From positions 4,052 to 68,051 of the forward strand of contig JAILCC010000003.1 of the NCBI GenBank assembly GCA_024680555.1: a DNA stretch of 64,000 nt. Direction: 5' to 3'. The notes beneath the pieces are model-generated. The model worked only from the letters and a program-made list of their open reading frames with translations, was not told the origin of the DNA and searched no databases. Numbering within the stretch: the first letter of the stretch is position 1; each line of letters starts with the position of its first letter. This stretch comes from a bacterium (GTDB taxonomy: Bacteria > Cyanobacteriota > Vampirovibrionia > Gastranaerophilales > JAILCC01). Made by a program: the position numbers and the translations under genes. This document shows positions 42,901 through 51,802 of the stretch, piece after piece.

Positions 42901-43136
42901 TGCGCAGATTGAGTTTTGTTATAAATACTCCGACTACCAAAGGACATGGTGCAAGAATTGGCTCAGAAAACAGAGGTTTCCTGATTAGAACCATAGCCGA
43001 AATGTTCTCTACGCCGTGTTTTACGAGCGTTGATACAGCAAGAGCGTACTTGAAGGCGCTGTTGTATTATCTCGAAAATCACGGACTTACTTATAATGAA
43101 ATTAGCGAGTATAAGAAATTTCCGGTAAAAATCTAA
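39903..43136 (+). CDS. carB: Carbamoyl-phosphate synthase large subunit
   Basis: 1077 aa with duplicated ATP-grasp halves ([21 protein letters not shown] and [20 protein letters not shown]) and a C-terminal MGS-like domain. Confidence 0.97.
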   Translation: [1077 protein letters not shown]

Positions 43137-43224
43137 ACCGAAAGGTTTATTTTTCATGTTTTTGGAATATTTTTATTGCTTTTGCTCTCTGTATTTATAG
43201 GAGAGAGAAATAGGAAATTTTGGC

Positions 43225-45672
43225 ATGACAACGGTAGAAATAAAAAAACAAGACAGAGAAATAAATTTTCAGGTAGATAGAGCAGTTACAAGTGATGATG
43301 CTCAGAAAAAGATATATATTGCGGAACTTATAAGAAATGCGTTAAATCAGTATTTGGACTATGATAGCTTATATGCGGATAATACGTATTCTTTATACAA
43401 ATTGCCTATCGTAAATGAAGCAACTGATTTTATTGATTTTGAAATCAATTCATTGTCGGTACATGTTGTTCCCACAATAAACCGGGGCAAAAATCGCAAC
43501 GTGTATATTCCGAAATCTTATCAAATTTTCAATTGCAAACCGGATATTATCGTATTTGTTAATTTTAACAGTGCTCTTACAAAAATGAGTATTGACGGTT
43601 TTATAAAAGACGTTAATCTCGGCAATTTATCATATTCAAAAACTTCATTGATGCCGGCTGATGATTTAATACTTGTTTTGAAAACATTGCAGCCGAAAGC
43701 AAATACCGACAATGAAAATACTATAAATGTTGCAAATGAGCTTATGCTTGCTTACATTGACTCTTCTTTGTCGGAAGAGGGTGAGCAATTCTTCTTGAAA
43801 CATTTGGTTTCAAATAAAACAATAAGAAAAAATTATAAATTATTCTATGGACTTAATTGTAAATTAGTATATGTTGCAAAGCAACATACGGCATTGACGG
43901 ATGACAATTTCGTTGCTGTGGATTCATTGCCTGTAGAAGAAGAGTTAGAACCCATTCAAGGTGAATCAATTCAAGCTTATTCTCTTGAGCCGAATGCCCA
44001 TCAAGAAGATGTGATAGATGATTTGAAATCCGTAATCGAAGATTTTGACGGAACATTCGGCGGAGAACAAGAAGAAACACCGATAGATGTGGATGACCTT
44101 CTTTTGGCATCGGATGAACCGATAGAGCTTTCTGATGGCCTCGGCGAGCAAGATATTGCTAATCAAGAAACCAATATTCAGGATGAACCTATAACCTTTG
44201 ATGAAGAACCTGCCGATTCTCAAGAAGAAACTTTTGAGCAAGAGGAAATTGCCCAAGCTGACGATTTATCATCAGGTGAGGAACTAACTGAGCTTGATTT
44301 TTCAGGTTTTGATGAAGAAGAATCACTGTCCTTAAATTCGGATAGCAGTGAACTTTCCTTACAGGAAGAAAGTATTGCCGGTGATGATGCGTTGGTTGAG
44401 CCGGATGGTCTCGGAGAACAGTTGCCCGAATTCGAGGAAGCTCAACAACCTCCAGTGGAAGATAATACGGAAGAACGACCTGCCTTGCAAGAAGAACAAG
44501 TATCGTTGCGAGAGGAGCCTGTTGCTTTGCAAGAAGAATCGGAAATTTCGGCTCAAGATTCGGGAGAAGAACTTTCTGCCGAGGGGGATGGTGAGTCGGG
44601 CGATGATTTATTCTCGTTCCTTTCCGAAATGGCAGATGAAGTTCAGGATGAAAATGTGCAACCTGCTCCGGCAGAAGAACCTGTGGCGGAACAACCGCAA
44701 GTTCAAGAGCCGGAACCACCCCAACAAGAAGAATTTACTCAAGAGGACGTTCAACAGCAGGTTGATGATTATTCGGAACAAACGCAAAATATGTTAAATG
44801 AAAATAGTTTCAATGATGCGTTCTCGCCTCAAACCGCTGACGCACAAGTTCAACAGGAAACAGAGCTTGAAAATACTCCGCAGGCTACTCCGGGTGTATC
44901 TCCTGTTAATAGTAAATTGGTTGCGGCTCTTGCGCTTATTCTTATTGCAGGTGGAGCTTACGGTGTGTATATGAACAAGGACAAAATTCCGTTTTTAAAC
45001 AATTCATCTGAAATTCAAGATTTGGCTGAAGAAGACAGCAAAACAGCAACGGAAGATTTGCCTGCGCCGATTGCTGATTTGTCCGGAATAAACACTGAAA
45101 TTCCAAATAAAGCAGGCAATCAAGAGGCTCCGACAGCTCCCGAGGCTGTTGCTCCTGCGCCAAATGCTGAGGCAGTTGCGCCTGCTCCGAGTGCTCCTGC
45201 TGCAGAAAAGACTGCTCCGACCGAAGCAAAGGATGCTCAATCTCTTCCGTCGTTACCGACAGCGGTTGAGCCTCCTAAGCCGAAACATTTGAATGATGCA
45301 ATTGCTACAGCGTTGACCAAAGACTTTTCAGGCGTAAGAATTTCAAAAGTATCCTGGGAGGTATCGGAAACATTGTTAAGTAATCCCGATGTAAAAACAT
45401 ATTTAACAATTGCGGGAAAATCCATTAAAAATGCATTGGCTCAAGATTTAATGGCGGCTACCGAGCCGAGCTTTAAGGATACTGTTTCGGTAAATGTTAC
45501 ATACAGAAAAGACGGCGGGGTATCGCAAGTCAAAATTATTTCATCAAGCGGTTCTACTCAAATTGATGAATTAATCGTTAAATCAATTAAGAATACCTTG
45601 AATTATATAAAGATGCCGCCGCTTAACCTTGATAAGCCCGAATATACGGCTAAATTAGTAGTGAGATTATAA
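43225..45672 (+). CDS. Large bitopic membrane protein: N-terminal cytoplasmic domain, long acidic low-complexity region, one TM helix, Pro/Ala spacer, TonB-C-like C-terminal domain
   Basis: The acidic E/D/Q-rich stretch spans roughly nt 43930-44890 and the TM helix is LVAALALILIAGGAYGVYM. The spacer is APTAPEAVAPAPNAEAVAPAPSAPAAEK. The C-terminus VSVNVTYRKDGGVSQVKIISSSGSTQIDELIVKSIKN resembles the TonB C-terminal fold pattern. Confidence 0.55.
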   Translation: MTTVEIKKQDREINFQVDRAVTSDDAQKKIYIAELIRNALNQYLDYDSLYADNTYSLYKLPIVNEATDFIDFEINSLSVHVVPTINRGKNRNVYIPKSYQIFNCKPDIIVFVNFNSALTKMSIDGFIKDVNLGNLSYSKTSLMPADDLILVLKTLQPKANTDNENTINVANELMLAYIDSSLSEEGEQFFLKHLVSNKTIRKNYKLFYGLNCKLVYVAKQHTALTDDNFVAVDSLPVEEELEPIQGESIQAYSLEPNAHQEDVIDDLKSVIEDFDGTFGGEQEETPIDVDDLLLASDEPIELSDGLGEQDIANQETNIQDEPITFDEEPADSQEETFEQEEIAQADDLSSGEELTELDFSGFDEEESLSLNSDSSELSLQEESIAGDDALVEPDGLGEQLPEFEEAQQPPVEDNTEERPALQEEQVSLREEPVALQEESEISAQDSGEELSAEGDGESGDDLFSFLSEMADEVQDENVQPAPAEEPVAEQPQVQEPEPPQQEEFTQEDVQQQVDDYSEQTQNMLNENSFNDAFSPQTADAQVQQETELENTPQATPGVSPVNSKLVAALALILIAGGAYGVYMNKDKIPFLNNSSEIQDLAEEDSKTATEDLPAPIADLSGINTEIPNKAGNQEAPTAPEAVAPAPNAEAVAPAPSAPAAEKTAPTEAKDAQSLPSLPTAVEPPKPKHLNDAIATALTKDFSGVRISKVSWEVSETLLSNPDVKTYLTIAGKSIKNALAQDLMAATEPSFKDTVSVNVTYRKDGGVSQVKIISSSGSTQIDELIVKSIKNTLNYIKMPPLNLDKPEYTAKLVVRL

Positions 45673-45890
45673 TGTATTGGGAAGACGGAAATATTCACAT
45701 AGAAGAAGATGACGAGTGTATTACTTGTGAAAACTTGCAAAAAGGTATTGCATGTCCCCTGATTTTGGCTATTGCACAGGGTGCTGTTTATATCGAAGAC
45801 AGTTTGAACGTCATAAATTGCGGATTTTATAAGAAATTTGAGCGTCATTTGAAACTTGTTGTTCCCGTGGACAATATTTCTTTAGATTAG
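45672..45890 (+). CDS. Small hypothetical protein (72 aa) with a CxxC motif, translationally coupled to the upstream gene
   Basis: Its ATG overlaps the TAA of ORF 43225-45672 (taATG). It contains ECITCEN...ACP...NCG. No family was recognised. Confidence 0.45.
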   Translation: MYWEDGNIHIEEDDECITCENLQKGIACPLILAIAQGAVYIEDSLNVINCGFYKKFERHLKLVVPVDNISLD

Positions 45891-45933
45891 CAAAAAATAA
45901 TATTTACCCATTTTATATCTACAGAGGTCATTC

Positions 45934-46719
45934 ATGAATATAGATAGGGTAGATTTTAGTACAGACAAAGCTTTCTCGGGGCATGTCCTTCCAAAACATG
46001 TAAAATGGTTTCGCAAAGTCGATCCATGTGCAATAGAGGACTATTTTATTTCACGTGGTATTGAGGCGAATTTTAGCGGCAAGAAGCTCCCTGCAGGACT
46101 CAGCTTTTTGGCTTTTGATATTGTAAAAAGGTTGGGGATAACTGAGCCGGCGGAATTTGTTGTGAGAAAAACATCAAAGGATTCTATTGCACAAAGTTGG
46201 TTTTTAAGAGATAAAAAACCACACAGATTCAAACATCTTGCCGTTCAATATGACAGAAGACGATATTCAAGCTCATTAAAGACATTTGACGCTTACATGC
46301 GAACCAGGCAATATGAATTTGGCTCTACGCATTTTTTAAATGTCCCAATGCATGAAATTTTGCACTGTGATTTATTCAAAAAAATCGGCGATATGTACGC
46401 ATATTGGCACACAAATTGGGATAAAGTTATATTAAAGAAATTTTCGAAAATTGATATATCTCCGTTTGATGCCGAAATCAGAAAGAAAATCGGTTCGGCA
46501 GGGGCTATTGATGCGGTTGAACTCCACGCTGTGTACTGGGCAAAGGAAATCTGTATGGCATTAAATTCAAATCTTGTGCCGAAATATAATCCGTTTAAAA
46601 ACCCCAAAATCAAACTCAGCCCGCTTTTAAGAGATTTTATAGAAAGAATGACCGAAGCAGACTACAAAGGTGCAAAAGCAGTAAGTAGAAAGGCTAAAAA
46701 ATTACAAAAGAGTGCCTAG
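45934..46719 (+). CDS. Hypothetical protein with an HExxH motif (possible metallopeptidase-like protein)
   Basis: 261-aa ORF with a single HEILH about 140 aa from the N-terminus, a later ELHAVYWAKE, and a Lys-rich C-terminus. Its 3' end overlaps the convergent pth by 18 nt. Confidence 0.45.
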   Translation: MNIDRVDFSTDKAFSGHVLPKHVKWFRKVDPCAIEDYFISRGIEANFSGKKLPAGLSFLAFDIVKRLGITEPAEFVVRKTSKDSIAQSWFLRDKKPHRFKHLAVQYDRRRYSSSLKTFDAYMRTRQYEFGSTHFLNVPMHEILHCDLFKKIGDMYAYWHTNWDKVILKKFSKIDISPFDAEIRKKIGSAGAIDAVELHAVYWAKEICMALNSNLVPKYNPFKNPKIKLSPLLRDFIERMTEADYKGAKAVSRKAKKLQKSA

Positions 46720-47286
46720 GTTGATGCCGTTATATTTATTTTGAGCTTCTGTAAGCCCGAGTTGTATATAATCTTCAATTGCTTCGACTGATTTGGTTAC
46801 AACCTTATTTAGCGTAGCCATTTGATTGAGAGAAAATTTTTGCAAAACAAATGTTTCTGCTTTCAGATTTTGCGGCTGAGGACCTATGCCGATTTTTAGT
46901 CTCGGAAATTTGTCGGTGGAAAGGTTTTGTATGATTGACTTTATGCCGTTGTGTCCTCCGTCAGAGCCTTCAGCTCTGAATCTGAACTTACCTAAGTCCA
47001 ATGAAATGTCATCATATATTACGAGTGTTTTTTGCGGTTCAATTTTGTAAAATGCAGCTGCTTTTTGGATGGCTTCACCCGATAAATTCATATAGGTCAG
47101 CGGCTTTAGTAATAAGAGCTTTTCTCCGTTGAATGTTACCGATGCCATGTCTGCTTTGAATTTTGTTTCTGTCCTAAAGTCAGCAGAGTATTTTTGTGCA
47201 AAATTATCAATGCACATAAAACCTATGTTATGTCTGGTCAAATCGTATTCTTTGGGGTAATTTCCAAGGCCGACAACCAAATACAT
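46702..47286 (-). CDS. pth: Peptidyl-tRNA hydrolase
   Basis: [23 protein letters not shown] and GGHNGIKSI motifs. Confidence 0.95.
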   Translation of the reverse strand: MYLVVGLGNYPKEYDLTRHNIGFMCIDNFAQKYSADFRTETKFKADMASVTFNGEKLLLLKPLTYMNLSGEAIQKAAAFYKIEPQKTLVIYDDISLDLGKFRFRAEGSDGGHNGIKSIIQNLSTDKFPRLKIGIGPQPQNLKAETFVLQKFSLNQMATLNKVVTKSVEAIEDYIQLGLTEAQNKYNGINLGTLL

Positions 47287-47759
47287 TATTTTATTATCCC
47301 TTTGATTGCATTAGATATATACGGAATGTACGGAAGTTTGCCCATAAGTGCCAAAATGGTCAGATATACAATTGTTGCAATAACAATTGTTGCCAATATT
47401 GAAAAACCGAGGCATACAGGAAAACCCATCAGATAATATATTACGGCTTGAAAGAAACTGTAAATAAATCTTCCGATAAACGGAATCAGTCCCAATAATT
47501 GAAATATAGAATCAATTAACAGGTACGTTGTTTGTATAAAAAAGAACAGAAAACCAATTAGGATTGCCTGATAAGAATTAAAACGGACAAATGGCTTTAA
47601 GCTTGTCTTTGAGATTACCGACACAATCATCAAAACTAGCCCGATTGTCCCAAAAGTCAAGTATGCCAGAGCTGACAAAATCCTCTCCGGCATACTTGGA
47701 ATTTTTTTTAAATTATAAACGTTGTTGCTCATAATATCCTTTGAGTTACTAGCCTTCAA
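47286..47759 (-). CDS. Small integral membrane protein (about 4 TM helices), function unknown
   Basis: Hydrophobic segments [51 protein letters not shown] and [18 protein letters not shown]. It lies between rpsR and pth in the same operon. The start may be ATG 47732. Confidence 0.6.
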   Translation of the reverse strand: MKASNSKDIMSNNVYNLKKIPSMPERILSALAYLTFGTIGLVLMIVSVISKTSLKPFVRFNSYQAILIGFLFFFIQTTYLLIDSIFQLLGLIPFIGRFIYSFFQAVIYYLMGFPVCLGFSILATIVIATIVYLTILALMGKLPYIPYISNAIKGIIK

Positions 47760-47982
47760 AAACGTAATCGATTAAAGCTGCTTCTCTTGCTCTTTTAATA
47801 GCAACAGCGATTTGTCTTTGGTGTTCTGCACATGTGCCTGTGATACGGCGAGGAAGAATTTTGCCTCTTTCTGACAAAAATCTTTTTAATTTGTGCGTAT
47901 CTTTGTAATCAACGCATTCAATTTTGTCTGCGCAGAAGCTACAATTTTTTTTCTTTTTCTTTGATTGATCTTTGTTAATCAT
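47749..47982 (-). CDS. rpsR: 30S ribosomal protein S18
   Basis: [58 protein letters not shown]. Confidence 0.95.
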   Translation of the reverse strand: MINKDQSKKKKKNCSFCADKIECVDYKDTHKLKRFLSERGKILPRRITGTCAEHQRQIAVAIKRAREAALIDYVFEG

Positions 47983-48005
47983 TTTATTGTCCTTTCAAAT
48001 TAGTT

Positions 48006-48395
48006 TTAAAATGGTATTTCATCATCGCCTATAAGTTCGTCCGGTGTTTCTTCCGGCAAATCTACATCGAGAGGTGCGGAAGAAGAAACAACAACTTCAT
48101 CTTTCCCTGCAACATCAAAACTTTGCGCCTGAAGCTCAATAATTTTTTTGTCTTCGCCGTTAGAATCTTTATAGGTGTTTGTTTGCAAGCGTCCTTCAAC
48201 TATTACTTTTGAACCTTTTTTAATCAGACCTTCCGCACTATCTGCCATATTGCCGTACATAACAACTCTAAGCAGGGTTTCGTCAGCTTCATTTATGTTC
48301 ATTGTAAAGTTAAGAACGGCAAGGTCGTTGCTCGTAAAGCGTTTTTCCGCATCACGAACCGCAACTCCTGAAATAACTGCTTTTGCTAATGACAT
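48006..48395 (-). CDS. ssb: Single-stranded DNA-binding protein
   Basis: OB-fold N-terminus, the acidic C-terminal tip DDEIPF, and the position between rpsF and rpsR. Confidence 0.9.
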   Translation of the reverse strand: MSLAKAVISGVAVRDAEKRFTSNDLAVLNFTMNINEADETLLRVVMYGNMADSAEGLIKKGSKVIVEGRLQTNTYKDSNGEDKKIIELQAQSFDVAGKDEVVVSSSAPLDVDLPEETPDELIGDDEIPF

Positions 48396-48405
48396 AAATA
48401 ATTCC

Positions 48406-48729
48406 TTATGCTTTTACTTTAACGTTTTCTTCAATAATCATATCTCTCAAGAAATTATCATTTAATTTCAAATTTCTTTTGAGTGCTTTTACGTTTTCCG
48501 GTGCCAATTCAATCTTGGTTACTACGTAAAAACCGTCTCTGTAATTATCAATATCATAAGCTAATTTTTTTCTGCCGATTTTTTCGTTTTCAACAATTTT
48601 ACCGCCTAAATTAGAAACATATTCTTCCAATTGGGCGATAATCTTGTCAACTTCTTCCGCATCAAAATTTGGTTTAATTATTGATAGTATTTCGTAATTC
48701 TTCACTTTATTTGCTCCTTTTCTAGCCAT
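48406..48729 (-). CDS. rpsF: 30S ribosomal protein S6
   Basis: YEILSIIKPNFDAEEVDKII...WGRKKLAY-like GRKKLAYDI motif, and the first position in the rpsF-ssb-rpsR operon. Confidence 0.9.
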   Translation of the reverse strand: MARKGANKVKNYEILSIIKPNFDAEEVDKIIAQLEEYVSNLGGKIVENEKIGRKKLAYDIDNYRDGFYVVTKIELAPENVKALKRNLKLNDNFLRDMIIEENVKVKA

Positions 48730-48825
48730 GTGTACTTAATATAAACCAAACAAAAAAAATTGTAAAACATTTTCAATAATTGATTTTCCTGTTAAAATAA
48801 TACTAGAGTATTTAGGAGAGGCAAA

Positions 48826-50847
48826 TTGACAAAACATATAAATAACAAACCATTAAAAGTTCTTGCGTGTTTGTTTGTGATTTTCTTTGTGATTGTTGCC
48901 GGATACGAGTATATTCAATATGGAAGTATCTTTAATAACACTGAACATTTCAGAAAAATATATTCCGAAGCGGTTGATTTAAAAAATAACGAAGAATATT
49001 CCGCTGCATTTACAAGGTTGGAAGATATTTCGCCAAGGTATGAAGCATACGATGCCGTGCTTTATCAACAGGCTCAATGCGCAGCCAAGACAGGTGATGA
49101 AGCATCAGTGCAAAAAAGGCTCAAGGCTCTGATTACAAAATATCCGCAAAGCTATTTGTATATCCCCTCCAAATATGATTTGGCAAAATCGTATTTGCGC
49201 TCAAATAACAACGATCTTGCATCAGATACATTTCAAAATATTGTAAATTCTCATGGCGGAACGGATTATGAGATAGGCAGCTATTATTATTTGGGCGAAT
49301 TAAATTCTGACAAAAATAAACAAGCTGCGGTTAAATATTGGAAAAAGTATATTTCACTGAGCCAAGATGGTAGATTTTCTTCTGATTGTGTATCTCGTAT
49401 TTTGGCTTCGGAAGCTGAACTTTCTCCCGAGGACAATTTGTTTGTAGGAATTGTTTTTCTAAATGCTAAAAACTACGAAGAGGCAGTTAAATATTTTTCA
49501 AACGCCGATGTGCGCAAAAACTGGTATTATCTCGGCAAAATATCAATTTATCGTAACAACTTTGCAGATGCCAAAGACTATATTTTTAACGGAGTAAGTG
49601 ATTATGCCTCAGAATTTTCTCAAGATGAATTAGGAGACATCTTGTATGCCCTTGCGGGTATCTCTCCTGCTCCGGCGCAGTTTTGGAAAGAGCTTACTCT
49701 TTTAAATCGGCCCAAGGTTGCAGATATTGCGCTTTTTAATTATGCGAAATATTTGCCTGTCGCAGAAGCAAATGATGCATACAAGAAGATAGTGGATGAA
49801 CATATTAAAGGCTCTTATTCTTCAGAAGCACTTAAAAACTTGTTTTGGAATGCTTATAAAAGCGGTCAGTTTGTTGCCGCTAAAGAGTATGCGACAAAGC
49901 ATATAAACAGCTTTAATACAACAAAGTCTGCTCCGGAAATGAACTTTTGGCTCGGGAAAATATATGAAAAAGAAGGCAACAGAGATGCGGCATTGAAATC
50001 TTATAACCGAATAATATTAAAATATCCGGATGACTATTATGCATTCAGAGCCTATGGCAGAATTACGTATCTTACCAAAGGGGTGGATTTCGGTTGGGAT
50101 ATGGGCTACAATTCTCCGATTAAGAATGAACACTTTGTACTTGAGTTGCCGTATAGTTATTCTGAAATAAAGACAAAATTTGGAGCTACGCTTGCCGAAC
50201 TCCTGTTGGTCGAGGATTTTACTACTATTGATTATTTTAACGATTTTAAAGAACCTTTTATTGAAAGTTGGATTTATTATAAAAAAGGTTTAAGTTCAAC
50301 TTCTACTACAACTGCAAGAAATGCTATGGAAGAATATCCTGACAAACCTGATAGAACGGATAAAAAGTGGAATTTTGTTTATCCATGCTACTTTGCAGCA
50401 GAAGTTAACAAATATTCTCAGCGTAATAAGATTTCTCCTTATATACTAATTGCTTTAATAAGAGAAGAAAGTTATTTTAATCCGCTTGCGCTCTCCGGTT
50501 CCAATGCTGTCGGGTTGACGCAGATACTTCCTTCTACGGCAAGGGAAGTTTCCGAGAGAAGAGGGTATGGCATTATAAATGAGTTTTTACTCTTTAATCC
50601 GGAAATAAATATTAAGTACGGCTCGGCATATTATGCACAAATAAAAAAACAAATGGATGACAATAATTTGTATGCTGTTGCTTCATATAACGGTGGTGCC
50701 GGGGCACTTTCTTCCTGGCTTAAAAAAACTAATGCAGCAGATATGGACGAATTTGTCGAATATATACCCTACGATGAAACAAAAAATTATATTAAAAAAG
50801 TTTTCCGCAGCTATTGGAATTATGTCAGGTTGTACGGTGAACAATAA
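48826..50847 (+). CDS. Soluble lytic murein transglycosylase (Slt70-like) with helical/TPR-like N-terminal region
   Basis: N-terminal TM/signal (VLACLFVIFFVIVAG) and a C-terminal SLT domain LIREESYFNPLALSGSNAVGLTQILPSTA...ASYNGGAGA. The TTG start lies 5 nt after aggagag. Confidence 0.85.
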   Translation: MTKHINNKPLKVLACLFVIFFVIVAGYEYIQYGSIFNNTEHFRKIYSEAVDLKNNEEYSAAFTRLEDISPRYEAYDAVLYQQAQCAAKTGDEASVQKRLKALITKYPQSYLYIPSKYDLAKSYLRSNNNDLASDTFQNIVNSHGGTDYEIGSYYYLGELNSDKNKQAAVKYWKKYISLSQDGRFSSDCVSRILASEAELSPEDNLFVGIVFLNAKNYEEAVKYFSNADVRKNWYYLGKISIYRNNFADAKDYIFNGVSDYASEFSQDELGDILYALAGISPAPAQFWKELTLLNRPKVADIALFNYAKYLPVAEANDAYKKIVDEHIKGSYSSEALKNLFWNAYKSGQFVAAKEYATKHINSFNTTKSAPEMNFWLGKIYEKEGNRDAALKSYNRIILKYPDDYYAFRAYGRITYLTKGVDFGWDMGYNSPIKNEHFVLELPYSYSEIKTKFGATLAELLLVEDFTTIDYFNDFKEPFIESWIYYKKGLSSTSTTTARNAMEEYPDKPDRTDKKWNFVYPCYFAAEVNKYSQRNKISPYILIALIREESYFNPLALSGSNAVGLTQILPSTAREVSERRGYGIINEFLLFNPEINIKYGSAYYAQIKKQMDDNNLYAVASYNGGAGALSSWLKKTNAADMDEFVEYIPYDETKNYIKKVFRSYWNYVRLYGEQ

Positions 50848-51046
50848 AAATCGTGGCATGCTTCCATGCCGCTATTTGTAATACATGCCAATATATAATT
50901 GCTTATGCAAGTAGTAATAACAAATATTTACATTCCCTAAATCGCCTTATGTTCAGCAATTTGGGATGTTTTAAAAAAAAATACTTGCCAAAGTATTGAA
51001 AATAGCTATAATAAGCATGTTACATTTTTAAGGAAGGAGTTCTCCA

Positions 51047-51322
51047 ATGAACAAAGAAGAATTAGTATCAGAAGTTTCAAAAAAAGCAAAATGCACTCAA
51101 AAAGAAGCTGCAGAAGTTTTAGCTGCATTCGTTGAAACAGTACAAAAAACTGTTGCTAAAGGCAAAAAAGTAACTTTAGTTGGTTTCGGTACATTTGAAT
51201 CTCGTAAGAGAGCTGCTAGAAACGGCAGAAATCCTCAAACTGGTAAAGAAATCAAAATCGCTGCTAAAACCGTTCCTGCTTTCTCAGCTGGTAAAAAATT
51301 CAAAGAATTGGTTAACAAGTAG
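51047..51322 (+). CDS. hup: DNA-binding protein HU
   Basis: MNKEELV...VTLVGFGTFESRKRAARNGRNPQTGKEIKIAAKTVPAFSAGKKFKE. Confidence 0.95.
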   Translation: MNKEELVSEVSKKAKCTQKEAAEVLAAFVETVQKTVAKGKKVTLVGFGTFESRKRAARNGRNPQTGKEIKIAAKTVPAFSAGKKFKELVNK

Positions 51323-51345
51323 AAATCAATTCCATAAGGGATTTT

Positions 51346-51375
51346 GGGAGTCGGCTTATGCCGACTCCTTTTTTA
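51346..51375 (+). terminator. Intrinsic terminator after hup
   Basis: Stem ggagtcggc/gccgactcc with loop ttat, followed by ttttt. Confidence 0.8.
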
Positions 51376-51430
51376 GTGCCATTATTTCTATCTTTATAAT
51401 ATAATGTACTAAGTTATTCGGAGTTTTATT

Positions 51431-51802
51431 ATGAATTTAAAGCATGGTGGTTTGGAAAATTTAGTATTAAATGTTGTATGGGACAACTGTGAGCTTGAAG
51501 AAGGCGTTTTAAGTGTCGGACAGGTACAAGATTGCCTCAACAGACTAAATCTTCGTAAAAAATGGGCGTACACGACGGTAAAAACCATATTGGACCGATT
51601 GACGGATAAGGGCTTTTTGCAAAAAGTTAAATCCGGTAAAAAATTCAATTACAAATCTATTCTTTCAAGAGATGAAATGGCAAAAAATGCAATAAAGAAA
51701 CTTGCTCTTGATTATTTTAAAAATGATTTTGAGCAGTTGGTTGCATTTGTCAATGAACTCAATAAAACCGAAGAAAAAAGTTTGATTTATGTCAAAAGCT
51801 AG
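51431..51802 (+). CDS. BlaI/MecI/CopY-family winged-helix transcriptional repressor
   Basis: LENLVLNVVWD...SVGQVQDCLN...KWAYTTVKTILDRLTDKGFLQKVKSGKKFNYKSILSRDE is the typical penicillinase-repressor domain layout. Confidence 0.8.
   Translation: MNLKHGGLENLVLNVVWDNCELEEGVLSVGQVQDCLNRLNLRKKWAYTTVKTILDRLTDKGFLQKVKSGKKFNYKSILSRDEMAKNAIKKLALDYFKNDFEQLVAFVNELNKTEEKSLIYVKS

Noticed and set aside
44189-44797. 176-aa minus-strand ORF and 149-aa alternative-frame plus-strand ORF in the acidic region of ORF 43225-45672
   Set aside because: Compositionally biased (GA-rich) coding DNA yields open alternative frames. Both are nested in the longer ORF, which continues into TM and TonB-C-like segments.
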